Positions 1 through 9,239 of a stretch of DNA of 64,000 bases are shown one piece after another (within the stretch, counting starts at the first letter, position 1; each line of letters opens with the position of its first letter). The stretch comes from an uncultured Actinomycetes bacterium (lineage in GTDB: Bacteria > Actinomycetota > Thermoleophilia > RBG-16-64-13). The DNA is taken from assembly GCA_963747275.1 (NCBI GenBank), contig CAVVEI010000014.1:159047-223046 (forward strand), written 5' to 3'. The notes beneath the pieces were generated by a model. That model ran no database searches and was not told the DNA's origin. It saw only the letters and a program-made list of their open reading frames with translations. A program made the translations under genes and the position numbers.

Positions 1-1427
1 CGGATTCTCCTGGCCACCGGTCATTGCCGTGGTGCTGTTGTCCAGGATCAGCGAGACCGTGCTCCCGTGGTTGTAGGCCACGTCCATAAGTGACGTCACC
101 CCAGAGTGGAAGAAGGTGCTGTCGCCGATCACCGCCACGACCTTGTTGCGCAGGTCGGTCTTGGCGCCTTCGGCCGGAGGATCAAGCGTCTTCGACAGGC
201 CGTGGGCCATGCTGATGCTGGCGCCCATGCAGGTCTGGCAGTGCTGAGCACTGTAGGGGGGCAGCGCTCCCATCGTGTAGCAGCCGATATCGCCGGCCAC
301 GAACACCTTCAGCTTGGCCAGCACCATGAAGACGCCGCGATGTGAGCAACCGGGGCAGAAAGTGGGCGGCCTGTCGGGCAACTCGAGAGCCTCGGGTTGC
401 AGCTCACGCAGAAGTTCTTCGCTCACGCCAGGCACACCGGCCTTCGCGAGCGACTGGGCGACGAGGCGGGCGTTCAGCTCACCTTGAAGCGAGTTCAACT
501 CCTTGCCACCGTCGATCTTGATGCCCATCAACCGGATAGCGTCTTCCATGAACGGGTCAGACTCTTCGACGACGTAGAGCTTGTCCACCTTGGAGCGGAA
601 CTCGGCGATGAGCTTCTTGGGCAGGGGGTAGACCATGCCGATCTTGAGAAAGCTCGCCCCCGGCAGCGCCTCGCGCGCATAACCGTAGATCGCCCCGCTG
701 GTGATGATGCCTATCTTGGGGTCACCCATCTCCACTCGGTTGAACGGGCAATCCTCGGCGTATTCGATCAGGTCGAGGACCCGCTGCTCCACCACGCGGT
801 GCCGCACCCGTGCGTTCTTGGGCATCATTATGTACTTGGTCCACTCCCGCCGGTACTCGGTGGCCGGTTTGGGAGGGGTACGCTCGCCCACCTTGACCAG
901 ACTCTTGGAGTGAGAGGTCCTGGTGGTCATGCGCAGGAGGGCAGGAGTGTCAAACCGCTCCGACAGCTCGAACGCAGCCATGGTGAACTGTCTGGCCTCT
1001 TCGCTATCAGAGGGCTCCAGCATGGGCACTCGCGCGAACTTGGCGTAGTTGCGGTTGTCCTGCTCGTCCTGGGAGCTGTGCATACCCGGGTCATCGGCAG
1101 TGACCACCACCAGGCCGGCCTCGACCCCGATATATGATGAAGAGAAGAACGGATCAGCGGCCACGTTCAGGCCTACGTGCTTCATGCACACCATGGCCCT
1201 ACCGCCCGCCAGGCCTGCCCCGACCCCCACTTCCATGGCCACCTTCTCGTTGGGCGACCATTCGCAATACACGTCATCGTATTCGGCCAGAGTCTCGAGT
1301 ATCTCAGTGCTGGGGGTGCCGGGGTAAGCAGCCGCCAGCTTGAGTCCCGCCTCCCAGGCTCCGCGAGCGATCGCCTCGTTTCCGGAGAGGATCTCCGTCG
1401 CTACAGTTGTCGTTGTCTTGTCTGCCA
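1..1427 (-). CDS. iorA: Indolepyruvate:ferredoxin oxidoreductase alpha subunit (IorA), 3' end beyond window start
   Basis: Minus-strand translation from ATG at 1425-1427 (RBS GGAGGA 4 nt upstream) reads MADKTTTTVATEILSGNEAIARGAWEAG..., with the TPP-binding GDSTFFHSG motif and CxxCxxC ferredoxin motifs further in. The ORF runs off the window, so it is absent from the ORF track. Confidence 0.8.
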
Positions 1428-1451
1428 TTTTTCCTCCGCCCAGACTCAGTA

Positions 1452-3620
1452 TCAGTGGTCCCGTCTGTGTGCCGCATACCATTCCATCCGATCGAGAGCT
1501 TGCGCCGCGGCCCTATACGACGAAAGAACGATCGACCGATATCTCTTGCCATAGTCGAACACCGAACCCCGGATAGCCGTATCGGGTACGTGGATGATGG
1601 GTTTGCCCGTGGATTCCATGAGTTCGGCCCCAAGTGAAAGCACGGAGTCCTCCCAATCGGTGAGGCCGGCGAACTCGCCATCGGCTGTGAGCTTGTGCGT
1701 CCCCGCGGTCATGGCAGGCACGCCCAGCAGCGAGAGGGCCATCACGGCATCGACCTCATCACACTCGGTGACCTTCCTCAACACCTGCAAAGCCACGTCC
1801 CCGCCGCCAGAAGCCACCAGGTCGAGGGGGTTCCGCTTGCTCCAGAACGGAGGCAAGAGCGGGTCCAGGGCCGCGTAGAGCTCGGGCGGGAGTTGGGCCA
1901 GCGTCAGCCCCTGCCGCGCCACCTCGTCGGCGGCGATGACCCCTGCCCCGCCGCCTTGGGTGACGATAGCTATCCGTCGCCCCCTGGGGAGAGGTAGGTA
2001 GGCCAGGCAGGTGCCGAGGTCGACCACCTCGTCCTGGCTGGTGCAGGTGACCACGCCCGCCTGCCTGGCGGCCGCCTCCCACACCGCCGCCGAACCGGCC
2101 AGCGCGCCCGTGTGAGACGCCGCTGCCTTGCTGCCGTACTCCGTGATCCCGGCGCGCAGCACCACGACGGGCTTGACCGCGGTCGTGCGCGTGGCCACAT
2201 CCAAGAAACGCCGGCCGTCGTCGAGGCCTTCTATGTACATCATCACGCAGCTGGTGTGGGGGTCGTCTCTGAGATAGTCGAGTATTTCCACAGCGCCTAT
2301 CTGGGCCTCGTTACCCACGCTGGCGAACTTGTCTATACCGATGCCTCGCCTCTGGCATATGGCCGTGGTGGCGACCCCCATGTTGCCCGATTGTGATACG
2401 AAACTCAGCGTGCCCTTGGACGGATGCAGTTTGACGAAGCCGACCGCGTGAAGACTGACCTCGTTGGAGATCATGCCCATGCAGTTGGGCCCCATGAGAG
2501 TCACCGCTCCCTCCCTGGCTATCCGCGCTATCTCGCGCTCAGCTTCGGCCCCTGCTTCTCCGGTCTCGCTGAACCCAGCCGCAATGGCTATCGCGGCGGC
2601 TATGCGCTTGCGCACGCATTCATGCAGCATGGGCGCCACCTGCTGACCCCCCACGGCCAGCAGAGCCATGTCCGGAGTCTCAGGCAGCACGTCTATGCTC
2701 GTGTGCGACTGCACTCCGAAGAACACGCCCCCTTTGGGGTTCACCGGGTAGATGGTGCCCTTGTAGCCGCCCTCGATGATGTTCTGAAGCACCGAGCCAC
2801 CCCACTTGGTCACATCGCCCGATGCCCCGACGACGGCTATGGAGCGAGGCGCGAGCAAGGCTTTGAGGTCGGGCTTGAAGGCCCTTCTATCCTGCTTCTT
2901 CTCTTCTGGCGCAGGCGCCAGGATAATGAGAGCGTCCGCGGCGATCGGTTTGTCTGCCTGCACCAAGACCGGGTTGACGTCGATCTCGACTATCTCGGGA
3001 TTATCTATCGCCATCCGGCCGACTGCCTGCACGATGCCGGCCAATGCCGCTTGGTCCACCGGTGGATAGCCGCGGAATGCACCGAGCAGCTGCTTGGCCC
3101 TTATCAGACCCAGTAGCTCGACCGCTTCCGCGTCGTCGACCGGCGCCAGAGCCAGGGCCACGTCGCCCAGGGCCTCGGTCAGCACTCCACCCAGGCCGAA
3201 GGCGACCACCGGGCCGAACACGGCGTCCCGCTTCATTCCCACCATGAATTCGCGATCGCCGGCGATCATCTGCTCCACCAGCACCGCTTCGAGCCTGCCT
3301 TGGGCTCGCTGCTCCAAGAGACTGTACGCCTCACCGGCAGCCTCGGCCCCCTCGATGCCCAGCAGCACCAGGCCGGCTTCGGTCTTGTGGTGGATGCCGG
3401 TCGCGACGCCCTTCATGACCACCTTGCCGCCCAAACGCTCGGCCGCGCCCATGGCTTCAGCCCGTGTCTGGACCGACTCTCCATCGGCCACCGGGATCCC
3501 GTACGCCCGGAACAGCGCTTTGGACTGCGACTCGTCTAGCGCCGCCGCGCCCGACGACAGAGCGGTCGCGATCGTCTCTGCCGCGACCCGCCGCGCATCA
3601 GCGCTTGACTCTGTTCTCAT
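1452..3620 (-). CDS. acd: Acetyl-CoA (acyl-CoA) synthetase, ADP-forming, fused beta-alpha (ATP-grasp + CoA-binding/ligase-CoA domains)
   Basis: 722 aa. ATP-grasp N-terminal half, CoA-binding SIAVVGASGDVTKWGG, catalytic His loop SHTGALAGS, MGPNCMGMIS motif. 24 nt upstream of iorA, so they share an operon. Confidence 0.85.
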   Translation of the reverse strand: MRTESSADARRVAAETIATALSSGAAALDESQSKALFRAYGIPVADGESVQTRAEAMGAAERLGGKVVMKGVATGIHHKTEAGLVLLGIEGAEAAGEAYSLLEQRAQGRLEAVLVEQMIAGDREFMVGMKRDAVFGPVVAFGLGGVLTEALGDVALALAPVDDAEAVELLGLIRAKQLLGAFRGYPPVDQAALAGIVQAVGRMAIDNPEIVEIDVNPVLVQADKPIAADALIILAPAPEEKKQDRRAFKPDLKALLAPRSIAVVGASGDVTKWGGSVLQNIIEGGYKGTIYPVNPKGGVFFGVQSHTSIDVLPETPDMALLAVGGQQVAPMLHECVRKRIAAAIAIAAGFSETGEAGAEAEREIARIAREGAVTLMGPNCMGMISNEVSLHAVGFVKLHPSKGTLSFVSQSGNMGVATTAICQRRGIGIDKFASVGNEAQIGAVEILDYLRDDPHTSCVMMYIEGLDDGRRFLDVATRTTAVKPVVVLRAGITEYGSKAAASHTGALAGSAAVWEAAARQAGVVTCTSQDEVVDLGTCLAYLPLPRGRRIAIVTQGGGAGVIAADEVARQGLTLAQLPPELYAALDPLLPPFWSKRNPLDLVASGGGDVALQVLRKVTECDEVDAVMALSLLGVPAMTAGTHKLTADGEFAGLTDWEDSVLSLGAELMESTGKPIIHVPDTAIRGSVFDYGKRYRSIVLSSYRAAAQALDRMEWYAAHRRDH

Positions 3621-3638
3621 CGTGTACCCCTTGTCTTG

Positions 3639-4964
3639 CTACACGGTGCAGCGCAGCACGTAAAGCCCCGCATGCTGCGTGTCGACGAAGATGTTGCCTC
3701 GCCTGTCGACGAGAACGTCCTCGGTGGTCCCCATCAGGGGTCCGGGGAAGGCATCGCCGGTGGCGTTGTTGAAGGCCCACTTCTCTGGGTCGGGCGGTAT
3801 GAAGTAGGCTACCTCTTTCGGCACGAAGGCGTCGCTGATGTCGTATACGCGAAGGCCCGCGTGGAAGTACGCGCAGTAGACCCGGTCGTTGCGATCTTCG
3901 AGCACGGGGGCGTCGTGCGGCTCGTGGATGTTGTGCGGGCCGAACGGCCCGGCGCCCCACCCGGGGACCTCGTTGAAGTTCTTGTACGGATACCCCTCGG
4001 GCACCTCGGGATACGGGAAGATGGAGACAAGCGTGGGGTCGGTGGGGTCGGAGATATCCACCATGCCCAAGAAGTTGACCGGCTGCGCGCCCTTGCCGAC
4101 CTGCTCCTTGCTCCAAACGTGAAAGCGCTCACCCTCGCTGGTCATCACCGCGTAGTCACGCTTGGACAGAGGCAGCACGGTGTGGCACCGCGCGCCGCTC
4201 AGCTTGCCCGCGAAGGGCGGATGGTGGCGTAGTTGGCCCACAAGCTGCGGCGTAGAGATATCCGACATGTCCAGGATCACCATGCCGGCGCCGCCGTAGC
4301 TGACGTAGCAGTACTTGCCCTTGGGATAAGCGGGGCCGTGCATCATGGCGCTATCCAGCAAGGCCAACTGCTCGTCGTCGCTGGCCACCGCTGCCTTGGG
4401 AGCCATGGTGCCCGCGATGAACTGGTCGGGCATCCACCAGCGCCCAGCCTCCACCGGCTTCTTGGGGTCGCCGACGTCTAGGATCACATAGATGTAGCCT
4501 CTGAAACCTTTGCAGGTGGCACTAAGATGCGCGTAGCGCCCGCCGTTGTAGAAGAAGCGGTGCACCCCGCCCCCACCTGTGGTGAGCCACTTAGAAAGCA
4601 GCTTGGGGTCGGCGGGGTCTTTGACGTCGTAGATGCAGAGACCTTCCTCATAGGGGTCGCCCCACTCGTTGGCGTGAAGCATGGGCAGGGTCCCACCGAG
4701 CGCGGTAAGCATGAGGCCGTCGGCCACTTGTATCTTGGGTGTCCCCTGTCCGGCGAGATCTGGCCCGGGCACGAACTTGAGGTATTCTGGCCTGGTGGGG
4801 TCGGTGACATCTAGGACAGCCCAGCCCGAGTGCTTGAAATGGGCTCCGTAGAGATAGAACCGCCCATCGACCTCTTGCATGGCCATCTGGAACCAGGGTC
4901 TGCCTTCGAGATCGTGGTACGCAAGGACGTCGATGTTCTTCGCGAACGCCTCTTTGCCGGCCAT
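3639..4964 (-). CDS. LVIVD-repeat beta-propeller protein (cytoplasmic, no signal peptide)
   Basis: Repeated VLDVTDP / IYDVKDP / VILDVGDP / MVDISDPTDP / RVYDISD motifs, the LVIVD repeat PF08309. Start taken at the internal ATG (MAGKEAFAKNID...), because the upstream in-frame extension would overlap the divergent promoter and GntR gene. Stop lies inside the acd RBS. Confidence 0.7.
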   Translation of the reverse strand: MAGKEAFAKNIDVLAYHDLEGRPWFQMAMQEVDGRFYLYGAHFKHSGWAVLDVTDPTRPEYLKFVPGPDLAGQGTPKIQVADGLMLTALGGTLPMLHANEWGDPYEEGLCIYDVKDPADPKLLSKWLTTGGGGVHRFFYNGGRYAHLSATCKGFRGYIYVILDVGDPKKPVEAGRWWMPDQFIAGTMAPKAAVASDDEQLALLDSAMMHGPAYPKGKYCYVSYGGAGMVILDMSDISTPQLVGQLRHHPPFAGKLSGARCHTVLPLSKRDYAVMTSEGERFHVWSKEQVGKGAQPVNFLGMVDISDPTDPTLVSIFPYPEVPEGYPYKNFNEVPGWGAGPFGPHNIHEPHDAPVLEDRNDRVYCAYFHAGLRVYDISDAFVPKEVAYFIPPDPEKWAFNNATGDAFPGPLMGTTEDVLVDRRGNIFVDTQHAGLYVLRCTV

Positions 4965-5027
4965 CTTTGGTCTGCCTCTCGTGGTGACCTGGGTGCAAAT
5001 ATCCTTGCACTCGGTACTATGGATGTT

Positions 5028-5046
5028 TGGTATAGTAATTATGCCA
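5028..5046. promoter_or_regulatory. Imperfect palindrome TGGTATAGT-A-ATTATGCCA in AT-rich divergent intergenic region (candidate GntR/FadR-type operator)
   Basis: 7 of 9 arm positions are symmetric. It sits between the divergently transcribed LVIVD-acd-iorA operon and the GntR gene, and the local AT content is high for this genome. Confidence 0.25.
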
Positions 5047-5069
5047 CAGGAAAAGCCGGGGGGACAGTT

Positions 5070-5807
5070 ATGTCCGTTGACATCGCACAAGGACCGCTGG
5101 TTCAGGAGGTCTCGCTGCTGCCCGAGACGGCGAGTGACAGCGCCGTCCGTTTCCTGAGAGCCATGATCTTCTCCGGGGAGCTGAGACCCGGCGACCGCCT
5201 CCCGCCAGAGCGCGATCTGGGAGCCAGACTGGGCATCTCCCGAGTGACCCTTAGGCTGGCCCTCAAAGCCCTTGAGAGCACGGGCTATATCGTCACCACC
5301 AGAGGGTCGCACGGAGGCTCACGCGTTTGTGACGTCGAGTCCCTCTTTCGTTGCTGGAAGCAGTGGATGCGACAGCACTCCGACGAACTGGACGACATCT
5401 TCGAGCTACGTATCACCGTGGAGGCACGACTGGCTTCGCTCGCGGCCCAGCGGCGCACAGAAGAAGACCTGAAGTCGATGAGGGCGGCGATCGCCGGCGA
5501 GCAACCCACTAAGGACTGGTCGTCACTCTTCCGCGCAGACATGGACCTGCACCGGGCCGTCGCCCGAGCAGCCCGCAGTAGCCGTCTGGAGGCCGCTATG
5601 ATGAGTGCCCGCGGGGAACTGTTCGTCCCTGTGGACATCATGCACTTGGATGCCAAGCACCCTCGCATCCACGCCACGCATGAGACGATAATCGATGCTA
5701 TCCAAGCCGCCGACCCGATCAGGGCCGAGTCAGAGATGCGGCGCCACATACTCATCGTGCAGGACCTCACCCGCAAGGCCTTGGAGGCCTCCGGGATCCT
5801 CGCCTAG
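5070..5807 (+). CDS. GntR-family transcriptional regulator (FadR-like, FCD effector domain)
   Basis: wHTH (RLPPERDLGARLGISRVTLRLALKALESTGYIVTTRG) followed by an all-helical FCD domain. Start chosen at MSVDIAQ. The longer ORF-track start overlaps the promoter region. Confidence 0.75.
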   Translation: MSVDIAQGPLVQEVSLLPETASDSAVRFLRAMIFSGELRPGDRLPPERDLGARLGISRVTLRLALKALESTGYIVTTRGSHGGSRVCDVESLFRCWKQWMRQHSDELDDIFELRITVEARLASLAAQRRTEEDLKSMRAAIAGEQPTKDWSSLFRADMDLHRAVARAARSSRLEAAMMSARGELFVPVDIMHLDAKHPRIHATHETIIDAIQAADPIRAESEMRRHILIVQDLTRKALEASGILA

Positions 5808-5827
5808 AGTCCGCGGGAGCTCTCAGT

Positions 5828-5900
5828 AAGCCGGCGTGGGGAATCGAACCCCAGACCTGCTCATTACGAGTGAGCCGCTCTGCCATCTGAGCTACGCCGG
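5828..5900 (-). tRNA. tRNA-Thr (anticodon CGU)
   Basis: Reverse complement GCCGGCGTAGCTCAGATGGCAGAGCGGCTCACTCGTAATGAGCAGGTCTGGGGTTCGATTCCCCACGCCGGCT folds as a cloverleaf. 7-bp acceptor stem, D arm GCTC/GAGC, anticodon loop CTCGTAA, T arm TGGGG-TTCGATT-CCCCA. CCA not encoded. Confidence 0.9.
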
Positions 5901-6046
5901 CCTGAGAAGAGGAGCGCGCGGTGCAGCCGCACCGTGCTCCGAGAGCGCTTTAGTTTAGAAGGTACCGCCGAGGCTGACAAGACTCGCAGCGCGCAAGTGT
6001 CGGGCTGCGCCGGCGCGATGCTCGCCCCGTGTACGGTGACGCTGGA

Positions 6047-7321
6047 CTAGACCCCGCCCGCTCCGCCGCCCGCTGGACCGCCGTTGCCGCCCGCTCCGCC
6101 GCCCGCTCCGCCGCCTGGGCGCCGCGGCCTGCGCCGGCGCCGGCGGGCTCCGCCGCCGCCCTCACGGGTGCCGTTGCCCTCGCCGGTAGCTCCGCCACTG
6201 CGCTGCTCGCCGCCGGCCGGACGGCCCGCGGCAGGTTGCCCGGCTTGACCGGTCGCGGCCCCCTCGCCGGTGGGTTGTGCCTGCCCCTGTCCACGACCAC
6301 GGCCTCTGCGTCTGCCGCGCGAGCTGCGCGAACGCGAGGGTCGCGGCTCACCGGCCGCGCCTTCTCTGGGCTCGGCGTCTTGGCCGAGTGGGCCTCGCCC
6401 CTCGGACGCCGCTGGCGACTCCTCGCCATCATCTGAAGCCGAAGAACGCCGCAAGCTGATCGGCGCCATCCAAGGTAACTGCGGTTGTGGCTTCTCCTCG
6501 GGAGTGAACAGCAGCGAGCCGTCCTTCTGGCATTCGCAGCAGCACAGACGCGCCTCGGCGTGAGAACCGTCCTCCATGCGGACCGCCAGAGCATCCTTGG
6601 TGACCAGATAGCCGGTGACCACGCCTTCGCCGTCGGGGGCGACCACCCGGGTACCCTTGGCCGGCGCCTCCTTGCGGAAGCTCACGTACTGTTCCTGCTC
6701 GTACTTCAGACAGCACATCAGACGACCGCAGAGGCCGGAGATCTTGGTGGGGTTGAGCGGCAGGTTCTGCTCCTTGGCCATGCGGATAGACACTGGGTCG
6801 TCATCACCCGGGAACATGGCGCAGCACAGGCCGCGGCCGCACGGCCCCAGACCGCCCACCATGCGCGCCTCTTCGCGGGCGCCCACCTGGCGCAGCTCGA
6901 TGCGCATCTTCAGCACCTTGGAGAGATCGGCCACCAGGCTGCGAAAGTCCACCCGCTCCTCGGAGGTGAAGGTGAAGGTGATCTTCTCGCCGCCGAACCC
7001 CATCTCGGCGCCGACCAGCTTCATGTCCAGGCCGTGGCTGCGGATGAGCTCGCGACAGGTGGCCATGGCCTCCCGGCGCAGACCGTCGGTGGCCGCCTGG
7101 GCCTCGAGGTCTTTGTCGGTGGCGACGCGCTGCACCTTCTTGAGCGCAGCCTGCACCTCAGAATCATCGATATGTGGGGCGGCTCTACTACTTCGCCCTA
7201 TCTCAGGACCGCTGGAGGTCTGCACCACCACGCGCTCCCCCTGGGAAAGCTCGAGACCGGCAGGATCGAAGTGATAGACCTTGACCCCGCCAGGAAAGAC
7301 GACCCCTACGACTTCGGCCAC
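6047..7321 (-). CDS. ricT: PSP1-domain protein RicT/YaaT with long Gly/Arg/Pro-rich C-terminal tail
   Basis: VVGVVFPGGVKVYHFDP...PCGRGLCCAMF...CGRLMCCLKYE is the PSP1 C-terminal domain. GTG start overlaps the holB stop by 1 nt. The conserved tmk-holB-ricT context supports the call. The last ~170 aa are low-complexity RG/GG-rich. Confidence 0.75.
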   Translation of the reverse strand: MAEVVGVVFPGGVKVYHFDPAGLELSQGERVVVQTSSGPEIGRSSRAAPHIDDSEVQAALKKVQRVATDKDLEAQAATDGLRREAMATCRELIRSHGLDMKLVGAEMGFGGEKITFTFTSEERVDFRSLVADLSKVLKMRIELRQVGAREEARMVGGLGPCGRGLCCAMFPGDDDPVSIRMAKEQNLPLNPTKISGLCGRLMCCLKYEQEQYVSFRKEAPAKGTRVVAPDGEGVVTGYLVTKDALAVRMEDGSHAEARLCCCECQKDGSLLFTPEEKPQPQLPWMAPISLRRSSASDDGEESPAASEGRGPLGQDAEPREGAAGEPRPSRSRSSRGRRRGRGRGQGQAQPTGEGAATGQAGQPAAGRPAGGEQRSGGATGEGNGTREGGGGARRRRRRPRRPGGGAGGGAGGNGGPAGGGAGGV

Positions 7322-8445
7322 TAGGTCAGGGCCTCCTTGATATTGCGAAACATGTCCCCGATGGCACATCGGGCATCGACATTATAGCGGAGCCGCCCCG
7401 CAGCCTGACCTGCCGCCTCCACCGCTCTGGTGTAGGCAAGGGTCCGGCCCGGCAGGACGACCGCTCGCAGATCGTCCAGACGGTCCTGGTTGAGCACGGC
7501 CTCCTCCGCTCCTGCCGACATCAGGGCCAGGTCTCGGTACCAGGCCGCCATCGTCCGCGTGGTCAGCTGCAGCCCGCTTGTCACCAGCCGGCGCTGCTGG
7601 CGCTTGACCCTCTCTTCGTGGCTGCTTCTTGAGCCAAGCCTTGGTGCGGGCGTCTCCCGCCCACTCCAGAGCTCTTGGTGAGTTCGCCCTCCAGTTCGAC
7701 CACGCGCTCCGCCGCCCTGGCGTCCACGGTAGCCATCAGTTCGTCCACAGCGAGCTCGATGCCCAACGGCCGCATGCCCGGCAGGTCGCGCGCCAGGTCC
7801 AGCAGATCGGCCCGCTGTCTGCGCGCGCTCTCCGAGGTGGCCAGCTCTCGCGCGAGAGAGAGGTCGCCGCCCGAGACACGGGCCAGCAGAGCGGCTTCGC
7901 GCCTCCGACAGCCCGTAACGAGCCACCAGGTCGGCGGTCAGCAGCGGGATGGGCACCGGCGAGAACGCCACCGGCTGGCAGCGAGAGACTATGGTGGGCT
8001 TGAGTCTCTCCGGCCGGTCGGTCACCAGCAGGAAGTGAACGTGAGCGGGGGGCTCCTCCAGAGTCTTCAGAAAGGCGTTGGCCGCCGGTTCGTTGAAGCT
8101 CTCGGCCTCCAGGAAGATGTAGACCTTGGCGCGGGCCTCATACGGCCTGTAGACCGCGTGCAGGTTGATCTCGGTGATGTCCTCTTTGCGGATGAAGTTG
8201 CCCTCGGGAGCCACTATCTCGACGTCGGGATGTACCCCCTCCAGGACCCGCCGGCAAGTGCTGCACTCGCCGCAGCCGTTGTCGGCGCAGGCCAATCCGG
8301 CGGCGAAGGCCACCGCGGCCTCGCTCTTGCCCGCCCCGGGCGGGCCGGAGAAGAGATAGGCGTGCGAGGCGCCCTGCTCAAGGGCTCGCTTGAGCATGGA
8401 CACAGCCATGTGCTGGCCTACGATATCGGCGAACAGATCCGCCAC
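7321..8445 (-). CDS. holB: DNA polymerase III delta-prime subunit, with two compensating frameshifts in this assembly
   Basis: N-terminus [21 protein letters not shown]...[13 protein letters not shown]...[10 protein letters not shown] is an AAA+ delta-prime. The middle ~100 aa read out of frame. An alternative frame (7581-7775) encodes plausible sequence, [29 protein letters not shown]. The C-terminus returns to frame. Confidence 0.75.
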   Translation of the reverse strand: MADLFADIVGQHMAVSMLKRALEQGASHAYLFSGPPGAGKSEAAVAFAAGLACADNGCGECSTCRRVLEGVHPDVEIVAPEGNFIRKEDITEINLHAVYRPYEARAKVYIFLEAESFNEPAANAFLKTLEEPPAHVHFLLVTDRPERLKPTIVSRCQPVAFSPVPIPLLTADLVARYGLSEARSRSAGPCLGRRPLSRARAGHLGERAQTAGRSAGPGARPAGHAAVGHRARCGRTDGYRGRQGGGARGRTGGRTHQELWSGRETPAPRLGSRSSHEERVKRQQRRLVTSGLQLTTRTMAAWYRDLALMSAGAEEAVLNQDRLDDLRAVVLPGRTLAYTRAVEAAGQAAGRLRYNVDARCAIGDMFRNIKEALT

Positions 8446-8477
8446 TGTGCCTCCCTGGCCCCGTGAGGGCCGAACCT

Positions 8478-9118
8478 CTAGTGGCTGAACAGCCCCAGTT
8501 CTTCTTCGACCACCGTCTGCACCCTGGCCTGCACCTCCGCCTCGGTGCCCGCGGCATCGACCCTGCGTATGCGGTGCGGGTGCAGCTCCAGCAGCTCCCT
8601 GAAGCCCTCGCCCACCCGCTGGTGAAAGGCCTCATCCTCAGCCTCCAGGCGATCGGGCACCGGCCGCCAGGCGCGTGCCACGCACGGCGTCGTCCAAGTC
8701 CAGGAAGATGGTGAGGTCGGGGAACAGGCACTCCGTCGCCCAGACGTTCAGGGTGATTATGTCGTCGGTGACCCAGGCCCCGTCCGTAGCCCTGGTAGGC
8801 GAGCGAAGAATCCAGGTAGCGGTCACACAGCACCACCTGTCCATCCGCCAGGGCAGGCCTTATCACCTGCTCCACCAGATGCGCGCGAGCGGCCGCGTAC
8901 AGCAGGGCCTCCGAACGCGCGGACATACCGTGATATCTGGGGTCCAGCAGCACACCGCGTACAGCCTCGCCCATCGCGGTGCCGCCCGGCTCGCGAGTCA
9001 CCAGCACCACGTAGCCCCGCTCCCGAAGTGCCGCGGCCAGCAGCTCCATCTGAGTCGACTTGCCACACCCGTCGAGGCCCTCGAAGGTTATGAACACGCC
9101 TTCGAGTCCGCTACCCAT
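8478..9118 (-). CDS. tmk: Thymidylate kinase (frameshifted x2 in this assembly)
   Basis: [16 protein letters not shown]-loop, [12 protein letters not shown], then PDLTIFLDL and the C-terminus [18 protein letters not shown] sit in two other frames (ORFs 8638-8844 and 8478-8681). Start codon uncertain. Confidence 0.7.
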
Positions 9119-9239
9119 GCCGGCCAAGGCCGACTCGTCCAGAGTCGCGTCTTCGGGCGGGTCGCCGTACACCCGACACCCTGCGTGGCCGGGCTCGCCG
9201 CCCGGCTCGCCGGTCGCGGACCCGCTGCCACCGGCTTCT

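Noticed and set aside
5950-6594. 214-aa minus-strand ORF overlapping the ricT tail in another frame
   Set aside because: Low-complexity Arg/Ala-rich product from the same GC-rich repeat DNA, with no homology. It is an alternative-frame artefact
7321-7369. ORF-track start of ricT at 7369 ([11 protein letters not shown]...)
   Set aside because: It would overlap holB by 48 nt. Homology with YaaT/RicT N-termini begins at the GTG (VAEVVGVVF) that overlaps the holB stop
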